From Lama guanicoe (Eukaryota): DNA of 64,000 nucleotides. Under the pieces are notes generated by a model, which searched no databases, had not been told where the DNA came from, and was given only the letters and a program-made list of their open reading frames with translations. Location: the NCBI GenBank assembly GCA_013239625.1, contig MU053561.1, positions 5,878,439 to 5,942,438 on the forward strand, written 5' to 3'. Position numbers and translations under genes: made by a program. Below are positions 26,591 through 40,357 of this stretch, in pieces. Each line of letters begins with the position of its first letter. Positions within the stretch are counted from its first letter, which is position 1.

Positions 26591-29500
26591 TAACTCTTGT
26601 GCTTCTATTCTGATATGAGAGTGAAGTTAGCCAGAAGCTGTGCTGCAGTACAACACACAAGTCATGATGTCATAGGTTCTGTAAAAATTTTGGCCATTGA
26701 CTTCTGTGTACTAAATCATAAATTCTGACCTCACAAATTAGAGGGAACAAAATGCTTGTATATGCTAGGGGAGAGTAAAATGATTTTCACAAATTAAGAC
26801 AAAGTAATTTCTCTTTGTATTCAGGAAGTATATGTTTAAAATAACAGTTTCCAAAGGAGTTGTATTTTAAGTGCCATAAGTTAAGTGAAATAGTGGGTGT
26901 CTTCTTTGACTTGGGGGATTTTCTTGCCCTTTTGGGTGCATCAGCAAATGTGCTTGAAATTGCATCAAATTTTGTCTTCAACAGCTCACTGTATTAGATG
27001 CAGGCCTTTATTTTGCTCAACTAGGGGAACCCCTAGAGATGTCAGTGAACCTTAGGTTTGAACTACCTGCTCTATAGGTTAGAAATACACTTTCTTATTT
27101 CAGTCTGCTGTGATTGTGTAGTGATGTTATTTGTGTTTACTCCATTACCTAGAAAACTACTTGATAAAGTTGAGGGTAGAAAAGTGGTTTAACTATTACT
27201 TGTTTCCAGGAAAATAAAACACTCACTTGAAAATTGTGTATTTCTAATAAAGGAACTGATTATCATCTTAATGCGAACATAATCTAAGATTTATATTGTC
27301 AGCAATTAAAAGGGTTGTTTAATTATAGTATATTTTGAGGTAATAATGCTGACTTCTTTTTGATGTATCTTTAGTGTCTATTAAAAAGCTTTGCAAATAA
27401 ATATTAAGAATGGTGGATAATGCTTTAATGACAGACAAACAGTACTCAACTTTAACACTTTTTTCGGTTTGTCTGTTACTAATAAAACAAAACAACTTAG
27501 TTCTTTGAGGGAATGAGGGTCAAAAGTAGCATAATACTGAAGTTCAGACTCATTCAAAGGATATTTATTAAATAACTATGTGTATAAGAAATTACTAGAA
27601 AGGGATGAAGAAATATATATATTTTAAAATAATGGTTTGAAAACGGTTAGAATGAGAATAAACCTTTGAAATGAAATGTCAGCATATTACTGCGTTGCCT
27701 CTAATCTTCAAAACTTAAGATATTTTTTATGTAAAACTAAGGATAGTGTTAATTATTACTGTAAGTGAATAGTTCAACTCAGCCCTTTGCAAGAAAAAGA
27801 AAAGCTTTCATTGTTTATCTTTTAATGAATTGTAATCCACTTTTCTCCCCATTAAGCTTCAGGATACTGGTAGTGAAGTAGATTCTAACAGAAATACCGT
27901 CAGTTATATTCAAATATTTATATTCAAAGTAACATCCATGATACAATTTTGACAACACATCTATTTGTAATTTTAATTCAGCCCACTACATTTCTTTTAG
28001 ATTCTGAACAAGGTAGGTCATATATTAATAAATTAAAATGGCCCACTTAGATCTTGATTTGTTGAATATATATTTGTATTGCTGTAGAAAACAGAACGTA
28101 TACAGGTATTCCAAAATATAACTTAGAATTCTGCTAAGCAATACCTGCCATTGAAGGAGATAGCCTCCAACTTCCCTTTCTTTGCTACCACTCACATTCT
28201 TATGTTCTATATAAATGGGAAATGGATTTATATTTGGAAATTCTTGCAATCAAGAAGTAGATTAACATGTGAAAGGGAGCAGGACTTGGACTCAGTATAG
28301 ACAATAGCCAGTTTTTCAGTTTGCTAGAATCAGGCAAAAATGAAGCATTAAAGAAGGCAAAATCTGCTGGTGTCGTAATAACTCAGGAAGTAAGACTGAT
28401 GAGGTAAGTTCTATGTGATAGAAGTTGTATTCAGTAATTTTTTTCTCTTAAAAACAAAAACAAAAACACCTTTCTGTTTTTCTTAGAGTTCCAGAAAGCA
28501 TAGTATCATTGGAGGGTTATTTCTGGTTTCATATTTTTCTCCACTTCTCAAAAACTGGGAGAGTCAGATTCTTTGAATCTTAACATTTGGTCATAGAGGA
28601 GGGTTTAGGGGTTTTTTTAAGTTGAAAGAATAGCCTCTGTCCTTAACTCATAATCTAAAAACACACACCTCAGCTAATTAGGGAATTAGTTGCTTTACAA
28701 AGGAAGAAATAAATATATAACTTTATCACCTTAGAGTTTTCAAAATGCTACCCAAGAAGCATTGAGTAAGAAGTCTTGGAAGGGGCTAATTCCATGTGCA
28801 AGATGTAGTCCGAAAAACAATAACGATATTGGTGGGCTGGAATAAAATTTTAGTATAGATAAATTTAAAAATACAGTATTGTCGGTTAATGAAAAATAAT
28901 TTCATTTTTGCAAATTACTAAATGCTTGCGTCGTATCAATATGTGTATTTGGAACAAAATTACACTATCTTTTTTGCTTTTTTTAGTTTCTGACTTGGTC
29001 TTTAAGACTAAGGTATCCTAAAGCATTGGTGCCTCTCAATGGCCAATATATCCTTTTCTCCCCGGGAATCATGCAGTTGACCTTCTCTTCCCTTCTTTGC
29101 TCATTCACAACTTAGGAATGTATGAACTGCGCATACATACTTTAAAAGTACCTTACCTCACCCTTCCCTACTTTCAGCTCTTTCAGTCGCCTTATCAGAA
29201 TCTCTCTTCTTTTTCCTTTTTCTTTCCTCTCTGGTTTATGAGATTTAAAAAAGCCTCAGTCTTTGCTAATAAGGGTGAGAAGTGCTAATGAAAAGGAAAA
29301 GAAACCTTGTAAGTATAAATTTTAATTGTGACTGATATAATAAAGAATTGGTTCTCCTAACTTTTCTTAAAGATTTGAAGTAAGTTACTCTCTAATCTTT
29401 GGACATCCTCATCTACCTTCTTACCCCTATAAGTAAACCCCAGTATTGAAGAGCACTTAAACTAACTTGATCTCACGGTTTTTGTTTTAGTTAATTATGC

Positions 29501-30161
29501 TACTGTTTTCTAAAATACATCACAGCTGTATAGTGCTTTAGCTTCCCTGTGATGTGACTTTGAGGGTAGTCTAGTTGCCTAACCACACTGAGGTATGATA
29601 GTGCCCTGGAAGTTACGGATTTGCAGTGAAAAGTAAAAAATGAATTTACCACTTCTTTTGACTAGGTGTCCAACTTTGACCCAAGGAGTTTAATGACTGC
29701 ACAGCCCTAAATAATCCACAGACTTGTTATATTGGAGCTGCTTTTTAATGTTAAAAAAATGTAGATGTTGGTTATTGTCTATCTTAAACCTTACCATTGT
29801 GGACATACTGAGAATATTGGCACTCTTAACTTCTGAATATTGGTATGGTTCTTAGTTAAAAATGGTTTTGCCACAAAAATGCAATGAAAGAGTGAAAAAT
29901 AAGCTTAAAAATTTTTTTTATAACCTAAGGACAAGTTGACAATATGAATCAAAAATCTTAGAATTTTGCATAAATTCCATGTCTAAAAATCTGTCCTAAA
30001 TTTCTCATTCACCACAATTTTTATAGAAGAAAAAAGTAACAACCTTAAGTGTGCAACAGTAGGTGTTTTGTTTTTTTTTTAAAGTATGGTACATTTATAG
30101 AGTAGAATACCACTATTCAAAAATGTTATAGAACTAGGCACTTACTAAAAAATGCTTCTGA

Positions 30162-30217
30162 AAAAGAAAACAACCCCCCAATAAAACATTGTGAATGCAG
30201 AAAAAAAAGAGAAAAAG
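30162..30217 (+). pseudogene. Micro-retrocopy: 3' end of a polyadenylated transcript flanked by a 13-bp TSD
   Basis: AAAATGCTTCTGA at 30149-30161 and 30218-30230. The insert has AATAAA (30180-30185) 15 nt before an A-rich tail. Confidence 0.65.
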
Positions 30218-31172
30218 AAAATGCTTCTGATATTGAATGGGAAAAGCAGGCTATAAAGCAGCATGAAATAAAATTCCATGTTTATATTTATACTCAGGCA
30301 TGACTATCCTAGAAGGAAGTTTAAGAGAATTTATATTGAAATGTGGATAACTTAAATGAGAATGGTAGAATGACAGGTAATTTTTTTATTCACATATGTA
30401 TATGTTCTGATTTTTCTGTAATGAGCACATATAACGTTATCTTTTAACACTTTGCTGTTTTGTGTTTTCTTTCTTATAAAATAGTGTATGTTCATTGGAA
30501 CAAGTCAAACAACAGGGATATGGAAAGAGGATATTATCTTCCCCTCCCAACCTCCAACCAATGTAAAGTTTTACGTGTACTTGTCAGAACATTTATTTCA
30601 TTCACTTAATTTGTTTACTTGTTTATTTTCTTTCTTCTCTAGAGTCTAACCTCCATGAGGCAGGGACCGTATCTGTCTTGTTTACTGCTTTTCACTTGGG
30701 GCACTCAAATTTTATTGACTGAAGGCAAAATGTTTGGTGTGTATCCTGATATAATTTTATAAATGATTATAGAGTCCTATGACGTGTAACTTTGAAAATC
30801 TTAATTGAAAAACAATCAAATGAAATTTGATGATTTAGGACATTGACAATTGATCCTCTTGGGGTGGCATGACCCTAAAATCCTGCCTTTGAATGAATTT
30901 TCATTAACAAAGTATATATCCTCTTTTATTTATTGCACTAATAAAAACTAACCCTTGTTCTTTGGGATTGTAGAGTTCATAAAGAAAGTTATACCACAGT
31001 TTGTGCTTGGATTGCAGAAAGGAAGAGTGAAATGGCCAAGGAATACAGTGTGGCACTCAGGAAGTTGTTATTGACAAGAATAGAGAATTAGTCTGCTACT
31101 ATAAGACTGTTAACTTTTCACCTTAGATGGTGTATCTAATAGCTAATGAGCTTCATTTTTTTCTTTTTGAAG

Positions 31173-31174
<2 letters not shown>

Positions 31175-31208
<34 letters not shown>
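31175..31208. repeat. (GT)17 microsatellite
   Basis: Read directly. Confidence 0.97.
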
Positions 31209-31211
<3 letters not shown>

Positions 31212-33073
31212 CATATATATATATGTACACAAATACATACACATGTATAAATAAGGATGTATATTCACTACCTTTAAGTTTACATATTAGTTTGCCCATT
31301 TGCAAATATGATCAGCTTCATCAATTTTCTATACTAATAAAGATTTTACCATCATTTCTAAAACAGCTATAAGAAAATCAGGATTGACATTTGTAAAATT
31401 GGGGCCACTATAGCAACATCATAGGGCTATTGTAGAGTATTAAAGTGAAGATAAATTCATTGGAGTTGTGCATCAGCATGGGCCCAGTCAAACAGAAATA
31501 CAAGCAAAAGCTGATTCTTACTAAGTCTGGGGCATCCTGTATTTTGTTATGGAATTTAGTTGAAGTTGCAAATAGCTACAATTTCCCATGTTTGTCACTC
31601 ACTGAAGTAGCTTGTCTGTCTTTGTTCAAGGTACAGCAAAAGTAGCTTGAACTGTTGTTGTATTGATATAAAAGGTAATGTATTGATTGCTAGAAAGCTC
31701 TGCAGAAAAACTTAAACCCATTTCACAAAACAAGTCAGGAATATTTATGATGCATGTCATTTGGTGGTGGCACTAAATTCCATTCCATTCTTTGGAAATC
31801 TTTCTCAGTGCTTTATGTCCATATGTCTCCATGTTATTGGCAAATTTGTGTTTCTGCCTTTCAAAAGATTTCAGCCTTGAGGCTTTGCTCAGCTAAGCAA
31901 AAGGTAGCTGGCTAATATATAGCAAAAATCCTTTATTGAAAGCTGTCATTCACAAGGTAGCAAAGTGCCATACTTGAACACTGTATACATAAGACTGCAA
32001 TGAACAGAGAGGTGTCAGAAAGCCTGGGGTTTCATGAAGGGGTATTAGTTCTTTATGTTGGAGAAACCCTCCCCCTCAACCTCTACCCCCTTCTATCTTA
32101 TTTTAGGTAGTGAAAGGACCCTCAGATCTATCAAACACCCTCTATTTCATCACCTATCCTTTGGCACATGATAAATTTACCTGAAACAAAGTAGCTCTTT
32201 TCTAGATCACAGTAGAAATGAGGGCAGTTACAAATGTTAGGTTTCATCTGTTTCATGGTGCTCTAGGCTCCTGAGAAGTATGTATTGTGATCTTATTGGG
32301 AAAAACTTTGAACAAATTCCAAGTTTGGGTAGAAAATACTCTCCAAGAAGATGTATGGTGTTTAGGACTATAAGAAAATATGAGGAGGACTACAGGGAAC
32401 ACCTGACAAGCCAAAGAACTCTTAAAGGACAGGAAATTATTAGTTATTTTGTTCTATAATAGGATAATCACATGTTCTTTTCCTTTTTTGATTAAAGTTG
32501 CAAAAATTGACATCCTTGATCAAAATTATTTTAATAATTGAAAGCTTATATAAATATTTACAATACTTATCAAAGTATAAAATAATACATATAGTTTAAA
32601 TAGGCTAATGACTTACAATGAAAAATTGTAGTCCTTTCTGTACCATTTCCTACCACCCTTTCCCATATACATATGCATCATCTTTTTTCTGTGATAAATA
32701 CACCCAAGTTATACATCATTATTTACTGTAGCACTTTAAAAAATCATTGCCTAACACGAGATTCTGGTTCACCTGAATGAACCAAGATGATAAACAATCT
32801 GAATAAACCAAGAGGTATCGATTTAAACACTTTTGTGATCAAAAAAAGTTAATGGTTTAAAACAACAGCTGTTCTCAAAATGTGGTTTATGGATCCGCTC
32901 TAGCACCTGAAGACTCAGGGTTGGGGTCCTTAGATTCCACTGTAACTAATAATTAAGAAACTATCACGTCTCAAGTTTAGGTACAGTATCAAAGAGGAAT
33001 ATCCACAATATTAAAATACTCCTTTTTCCAACAACATATCTGCTTAAAGTTGCTTAGACCAAAACTTTATTGG

Positions 33074-33325
33074 TAGGATGGTTTGATCATGTAAATACTT
33101 TAAAAATAACTAGAAATTATTTTAAAATCTGGAAATTAGGATGGTTTGATCATGTAAATACTTTAAAAATAACTAGAAATTATTTTAAAATCTGGAAATT
33201 AGGATGGTTTGATCATGTAAATACTTTAAAAATAACTAGAAATTATTTTAAAATCTGGAAATTAGGATGGTTTGATCATGTAAATACTTTAAAAATAACT
33301 AGAAATTATTTTAAAATCTGGAAAT
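33074..33325. repeat. Perfect 63-bp x4 tandem repeat (minisatellite)
   Basis: Unit TAGGATGGTTTGATCATGTAAATACTTTAAAAATAACTAGAAATTATTTTAAAATCTGGAAAT starts at 33074, 33137, 33200 and 33263. Confidence 0.98.
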
Positions 33326-34530
33326 TATTAGTAATTAAAATAGTATTTTTAGGGACTATAATTATAAAAGCAAGATCTAGAATCAATTTTCATATATTCT
33401 GAAAGATAGCCTTCTTTAAGCATTCTAGTTAGCAAACAGTTAATTTCTCTTCAAGGATAGTATGTTTAATTTCTTGTAATGTGGGTTGGATTTGGATTTG
33501 CCCTGAATGATAAGGGAGATACAAACAGTTGGAAGTTTACAGAACCAGGTTTACATTTTGTTAGGTTCTTTTTATGCCATTTGATCAAAACCATGCATTT
33601 CATAACTGCTGAGTGTTTGGCTAGCTAGTTACAGTAGTTATATTTCTCCTTTTACTAGTGCCTTCTACTTGTTTATGGTGTTTTTAAAAAATTGTCAGTT
33701 TTTTGTTTGTTTTCTTAATTTAACTATTCAATTTCAAATGGAAAAGAAGGCAAAAGGTGATGCTTCCTAGACCTTGAATGTTGAGATTTACCTTGGGGTG
33801 AGTGGTTCTGAAAGCCATGAAGCTGGATTGAGGCCAGTTATAAAGAGCAGTGGATTAGCTACTTTAGCAGCAACAGCTTCAGTAAATCAGCCTTTCTGGA
33901 TTTGAATGTTTCCATGTGAATGTGAAACCTAAAACTGGTCTACACTTAGTAACAAATTCTTTTTAAGATAATTGATTTAATATACTTTCTGCCTCTTTTA
34001 GGTTCACAAACTGGCCATTGTCATTTTAGCAAATGACAGTGGCTTTGTTTTAAATGTTAATGGAGAAAATGTAGAGAACATAATGAATACTGTTTCTAAG
34101 GGCTTTTGTAACTCTTCTGAAGTTGGGGCATAGCGTGATGGGAAGGGAGATCAGCTTTGACTTTCCATATGTTTACCTGCACAATTCCTGAGAGTTACGA
34201 GAAAAGGAGAGAAATAAGAAAATCTAGAAGGTGGTGCTTGTCACCACTGAGAAAAATGAGGGTTATGTTTCCCATTGTTCTTTACAAATTGAGTTGATGA
34301 AGAACTTCCTCACTACCCTATCACTTTTTTTTTAAATCTTTCTGTCACTTTCAGGCAACTACTAGTGAGTCAAAAAATAATAGCTAAGCTAATAGGAAGG
34401 TTACTGTGCACATTGTAAGGATTAAAGTATTAGACTTTAATCTCTTTTAGCCTCTGGACTTGAGTACTCTCTCTTCTCAGTGGGGCTCTGAATACTGTGC
34501 AAGGGGGCCTGCTCACGTAATTTATCTTTT

Positions 34531-35405
34531 TTTTTTTAACATTTTTTATTGATTTATAATCATTTTACAGTGTTGTGTCAAATTCCAGTGTTCAGCACAA
34601 TTTTTCAGTCATTCATGGACATATACACATTGTCACATTTTTTTCTCTGTGATTTATCATAACATTTTGTGTATATTTCCCTGTGCTATACAGTGTAATC
34701 TTGTTTATCTATTCTACAATTTTGAAATCCCAGTCTATCCCTTCCCACCCTCTACCCCCCTCGTAACCACAAGTCTGTATTCTCTGTCCATGAGTCTTTA
34801 GATTCCACATATGAGCGATCTCATATGGTATTTTTCTTTCTCTTTCTGGCTTACTTCACTTAGAATGACATTCTCTAGGAGCATCCATGTTGCTGCAAAT
34901 GGCATTATGTTGTCGGTTTTTATGGCTGAGTAGTATTCCATTGTATAAATATACCACATCTTCTTTATCCAGTCACCTGTTGATGGACATTTAGGTTGTT
35001 TCCATGTTTTGGCTATTGTAAATAGTGCTGCTATGAACATTGGGGTGCAGGTGTCATCCTGAAGTAGATTTCCTTCTGGATACAAGCCCAGGAGTGGGAT
35101 TCCTGGGTCATATGGTAAGTCTATTCCTAGTCTTTTGAGGAATCTCCACACTGTTTTCCATAGTGGCTGCACCAAACTGCATTCCCACCAGCAGTGTAGG
35201 AGGGTTCCCCTTTCTCCACAGCCTCTCCAGCATTTGTCATTTTTGGATTTTTGAATGACGGCCATTCTGACTGGTGTGAGGTGATACCTCATTGTAGTTT
35301 TGATTTGCATTTCTCTGATAATTAGTGATATTGAACATTTTTTCATGTGCCTATTGATCATTTGTGTTTCTTCCTTGGAGAATTGCTTGTTTAGGTCTTC
35401 TGCCC
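34531..35405 (-). mobile_element. Young 5'-truncated L1 with 13-bp TSD, antisense in intron 1
   Basis: Uninterrupted 187-aa ORF2 C-terminus (34798-35361, [18 protein letters not shown] zinc knuckle). TSD TAATTTATCTTTT at 34518-34530 and 35406-35418. Confidence 0.96.
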
Positions 35406-37499
35406 TAATTTATCTTTTGAATGAACCCTTTTCTTTATAGTTGAGATTTGGTCAGGTTAAAAGAAAACAGTATGTTTAGATAATAATATTACACACATTT
35501 TTCTATTATGTACCACCAGAATTTTAAGTCAGGATAGCCATTTGTCAGACAGTGGCAGAACTATGTTGAATTCATGTCTTGTTTTTGAAGTGTTCTTTTT
35601 TTCAAAATTTGGATACTCTTATTTCTTATATTTCTTATTTCCTTTGAATCTTCTTAATGCTTCTTGAAGTTTTAAATCTTCATTTTTACACTATGGAATA
35701 AGGTATTATTAACTTGACGAGGCAAGTCTTAGTGACTAAAAATTGTAGCTGCTATAAGTAACTGGGACAAATCATAGCTGACAGCTAAGCTCTAAGTTTA
35801 ATCACGTCCAGCACGTATTAGCAGTTCGAGTCAGAGCTTGATATGTTAAATAGCTCTACCGCCTTTGTGTGGGTGTCTCTGTGTGTGTACCTGTAAACAT
35901 TCTGAGGCACATTTAATCTTTTTAGTGGTTCCTTGATTGAAAAATTTCAAGTGCTTTTTCTCTTTTTCATACTTAGATGAAGGAAAAACATAAAATTAAT
36001 GCCTGGAGTGGTTCTGTTTAACAAAATTTTAGAATCCAGACTGTTTCCTTTAGCAGAACTGAGCTGTTAAATAGCTTTTATTTAAATGCATTCCAGTAGA
36101 AATTTAAGGAAGCTTCAAGATGTAAATATTTTTATCCTTCCTGAAACATAGGTAAGTGAAATGCCCTACACAAAGACTTTAATCTTTAAACTTGGTTATG
36201 TTTTTAATGGAATTATTCTCCAGATTCTCAGCTTCAGATACCCTTAACTAAAAATGATCTCTTCTGAAAATAGATGCCTGAGGTCTTCTGTTTCGCCTTT
36301 TCTAATGCACTTTATCCAAAAGCCTTCACCCCCACTACAAAAGAAAAGTATATCTCTCGTTTATCCCCATTCTAACTGTGGTTCACTGCCCCGGGCTCTA
36401 AAAATCTCTGCAGCACCTAAACAAGGGAATATTCCAGAATACATAGTCCCAGAGAGGGAGAGAGTTTCATGACAGAAATCCAAAGAGGGGTTAGGTAGAA
36501 ATAATGGAGGAGACAGGACCTTATCCCATCTGGACAGTCCACATCTAATTGAAGTCTCAGAGGAGTGGAAAGGGGGAATGATAAAATGAGAGTTTTTCAA
36601 AGTTGATGGAAATTCTATTTGTTGGTATGATTATCTGTTAAGTTGTATAATCTCTATTTTCTCAGTAGTTTTTGTTTTGTTTTGTTTTTTTAAAGATTTT
36701 TCTCTTTGGCTTGTTGGGTTTCCTTAAACTGTAGCTTCATATTCATCAAATTTGGAATATCCTTAGCCATTAACCCTTGAAAACTGTCTCTTCCCTACTC
36801 TCTCTGTTCTCATCTTCCAAAGTCCCATTAGATGTTTGCCAAGATGCTCCCATTCTGGACTCCATGTTTCTAAACTTCTTTCTCATAGATTCAGAATAAA
36901 GCTCTCCCCTGAATTTTATTTTCCTCTAACTCATCCTCCAGTTCAACACTCTTTCTCTTTGCAGCCATGCTGCTGGTTAACCTATTATTAATTTTGTTGA
37001 ATATACTTCTCTAGTTCTGTTTCAAATTATCTAGTCTTTTTATAGGATTTTGTGGGGTTTTTTTTAAGTGCTTTTAATGCCTTATTTCATGCTTTTAATC
37101 ATTTTAAATATCCATATCCAGTGTCTACAGTTCTTGGATTGGCTTTAACTTCACTTGTGGTTAATTGATTCTTGGTATATTTTGAAATTTTAGATTGTCC
37201 GCTTATATTTGGCAGGGCTTTGTGGAAAATCTTTGCTAGCAAAATCAAACATAATATATTTCTGGGAGAACAATGGCGGTTTCCCACAGATGCCAAGCAT
37301 AAGCTCACACAGTCCTCTAGTTGTGAATTCTCAGGAGAGAGTCTTCTCTCCATTTCTTTGTCCTCTTCCTTTTCCTATTCTTTCTTTTAACCATCCAGAT
37401 AGCCAAGACAAAGGAATTTGCCTGCCATCTCCTTTTGCTTCTGTATTGTCTCCCTGTGCCCACTGAACAGATTTTATCCTCCTTGTCACTGTTTTTTGA

Positions 37500-37945
37500 A
37501 CTATTTTTTGTTTTGATCAGCTGTACTGAGGTATGATTCACATACTATAAAATGTGCCAATTTAAGATATATAATTTGTAGTTTTCAGTGTACACATCTT
37601 ACATATAGTTTATCAGATTTATCTCTATTTAGTTTTTTGATGCTGCTGTGAATGGTATATAATTTTTAAAATTTCAAATTCTGATTGTTCATTGCTGGTT
37701 TATAGAAAGACAGTTGATTTCTGTTTACTGGTCTTGTATCCTGAGACCTAGTTAGGTTCATTTTTAGTTCTAATACGTTTTTTGTATATTCTTTAGCATT
37801 ACTTACATCGATAATTATGTCATCTGTGACTAAAGACAACTTCTTCCTTTCTAGTCTATGCCTTTTATTTCTTCTTGCCTGTACACATTGGCTAGAAACT
37901 TTAATACAATGTTAAGTAGAAACAATGAAACCTGTCCTTGCTTTT
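37500..37945 (-). mobile_element. Old L1 fragment(s)
   Basis: L1-like antisense motifs (CATTGCTGGTTTATAGAAA...ATCCTGAGACC...GGCTAGAAACTTTAATACAATGTT). Confidence 0.65.
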
Positions 37946-38959
37946 AGGGAAACTTCCTACCCCTACAGTGTCTATTGTCCTAAATCATTTTTGAAGTATT
38001 CGGGTGGTGGGAAGGAACAGTATTTAGGAGTTGACTACTACACTACTACACTATGAAGCTTGAATCTGTATTTTAGACTATAGAATGCTGTAGCCAAGAG
38101 TGTGCCTGTCATGGGGGTTGCCTGTATTTACTGCAGTAATATAGTCTGAGTGGAGATCATTTGAAATGGACATGCTCACATACTGATGTAGGATGAGTTA
38201 TAATATAGGGTAGAAGTTGACTTTAAATAAATTAAAGGAGACCTTCATGAGAAAACAGGTAAGCCTACTATCAAACACTCCCATCTTTTCCTTAACAGGA
38301 AGTTTGACTTTGTAACCACGCTATTCATTAGTACTAGGTGGCTTCAAGAAAAAAGGATAATCTTTGGTTCGAAACTACTGTCTTCTGATATTATAGTTCA
38401 GCTTATGAGTTTAACTGAATTGATTAGCTGTTTAGGAGTTTTTCTTGTCATATAATAAGAAAAAAAATTCTTGAATCAAAGCAATTAGATACGTAAAAGG
38501 AAACTTTTCTGAGATTATTTTCCAGCCCATTAAATGAAATTCTTATATGTTCAGAGTGATCTTTTATTTTGCAAATTGCTACATATCTAGTGAGTCAGGT
38601 ACCCACTTTCTATTACTTCTAAGTCAGCATATAAATAAGAGAAAGTAAAAAGAAAGTAAGTATTGAAGAATATATGGGAAAGGTGAAAAACTTATAAAGC
38701 CTATATTAAACCTGAAACTTTTATAGGGTATATGTTATGTGAATTTTGAAAGCAGATAAGTCAAACTAGAAGATAATGTCTGTTTGACAAGTAATGTTGA
38801 AAAACAGTTCAGTTACTTGAGAGCTAGGAGTAAAGGGTGGAAGTGCCTTGTTGCTAGGAGTGCTAGGTGGAAGTGCTTTATTGCTGACACGTTATTTAAA
38901 TTTTATATCCTTCAGATATTTGAATTTGAACTGCGTTTTGGAATTTATCTACATTTACA

Positions 38960-39176
38960 ATGCCCCCGGCAGTTGGAGGTCCAGTTGGATACACCCCCCC
39001 AGATGGAGGCTGGGGGTGGGCAGTAGTAGTTGGAGCTTTCATTTCCATTGGCTTCTCTTATGCATTTCCCAAATCTATTACTGTGTTCTTCAAAGAAATT
39101 GAAGGTATATTCAATGCCACCACCAGTGAAGTGTCATGGATATCTTCCATCATGTTGGCTGTCATGTATGGTGGAG
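38960..39176 (+). CDS. SLC16A1: MCT1 coding exon 1 (gene exon 2 starts 38916 with 44 nt of 5'UTR)
   Basis: Acceptor TTCAG ends 38915, ACAATGC start, [39 protein letters not shown] (MCT N-terminal signature, K38), donor G|GTAAGT at 39177, 217 nt. Confidence 0.98.
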
Positions 39177-40357
39177 GTAAGTACCCACTAAGGCCTGCTG
39201 TTTTAATTTTCAGTAAGCAGCCAGAGGCTCTATTTTAGGTAACTTTTTTTTTTAAAAAAGTATTATTCAGTGTAGTGTTTTGAAATCTTATTTCTTGAAG
39301 CTTTATGTTTAGTCACATTTTTATTCTTGTTAACAATAACAACTCTTTGTTTCTTCCACTGTGGTATTCTAAAACAGAAATAAGAAATTGTTAGGTGCCC
39401 TGATTTGTTCCAACTCAGTTTCATTGAACTTAAAGCTCTCAGAAAAATGACATGTGCACAATAGATTTTTCTTATTGCTCTCCACTAGAGTCTTGAGGTA
39501 TAACTGTAAATAAAGATCTTTTTAATATTGATGTGGGGAGAATTAAAGTAAATCAGGCTAACCTGAGTACCACAGTTCAAAGTCTCAGGTTAAATCTTTT
39601 TATGGTGTTAGACTTAAAGAACTGGATAAAAATCCCCCCTATTCCTTGTGAGGTTATTAGTCCTGAAGCATTTCAGCTGCATCTTAAGTTTAAGTTTTAT
39701 TTTTCTCCTCTTCTGTTTTCTTTGACATGTTGTGAAGGAAATGTGGAGAGTAAGTTGCTTACTTAAAACATCATTTAAAATACTGTTTGTTTCACCTTGG
39801 AATGTCAAATCACAATTTTACATATAGAAATAAAAACTTCCCATAATACTTAAAATATGTAGTTGCTTGTTTTTAGCAGAGATTCTAAAGTCAAGTGTAT
39901 TTATTTATTGGGATTGACAGGGTCTCATGTTGCTTATTTAGCCAAGTTTTCACTTCTGTTAATCTTATTTTTTAATGATAATTTAGTACCTCATTATTTT
40001 CACACAAGCTCTTTAATGGCCAATATAAAGATTCTGTATTTCATCTGTAAACCTTACTTAGCCTTAGGCTTCTAATCTAGTGGCAGATTCAGCCAATATT
40101 TATTAAGTCCTACGCACCTATTCCTTAGTAGGCTAGGTGTTGTGAATGATAAAGAACATTGATCGTGATTCCTGCCTTTAGGAAGTTTGTAATCCTGTTG
40201 AGACAATAACATAAACTCATGAAACAGGAATAAGTATTTGAAGTCATAATTTAGTGCAGTACTTATTTGCACAGAAAAATAGGTAAGCTGGTTGTCATAG
40301 AAGGAGATAAATTAGGTGGCTGGGAATAGGAAGACTTTTTCTGCTGTGTATCTTTTT

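Noticed and set aside
33070..33402. CRISPR-like array or 21-aa repeat protein ORF
   Set aside because: Units are head-to-tail with no spacers, there are no cas genes, and this is a mammalian intron. The ORF starts at TTG and stays open only because 63 is divisible by 3.
34798..35361. 187-aa standalone gene
   Set aside because: It is the L1 ORF2 C-terminus inside a TSD-flanked truncated element.
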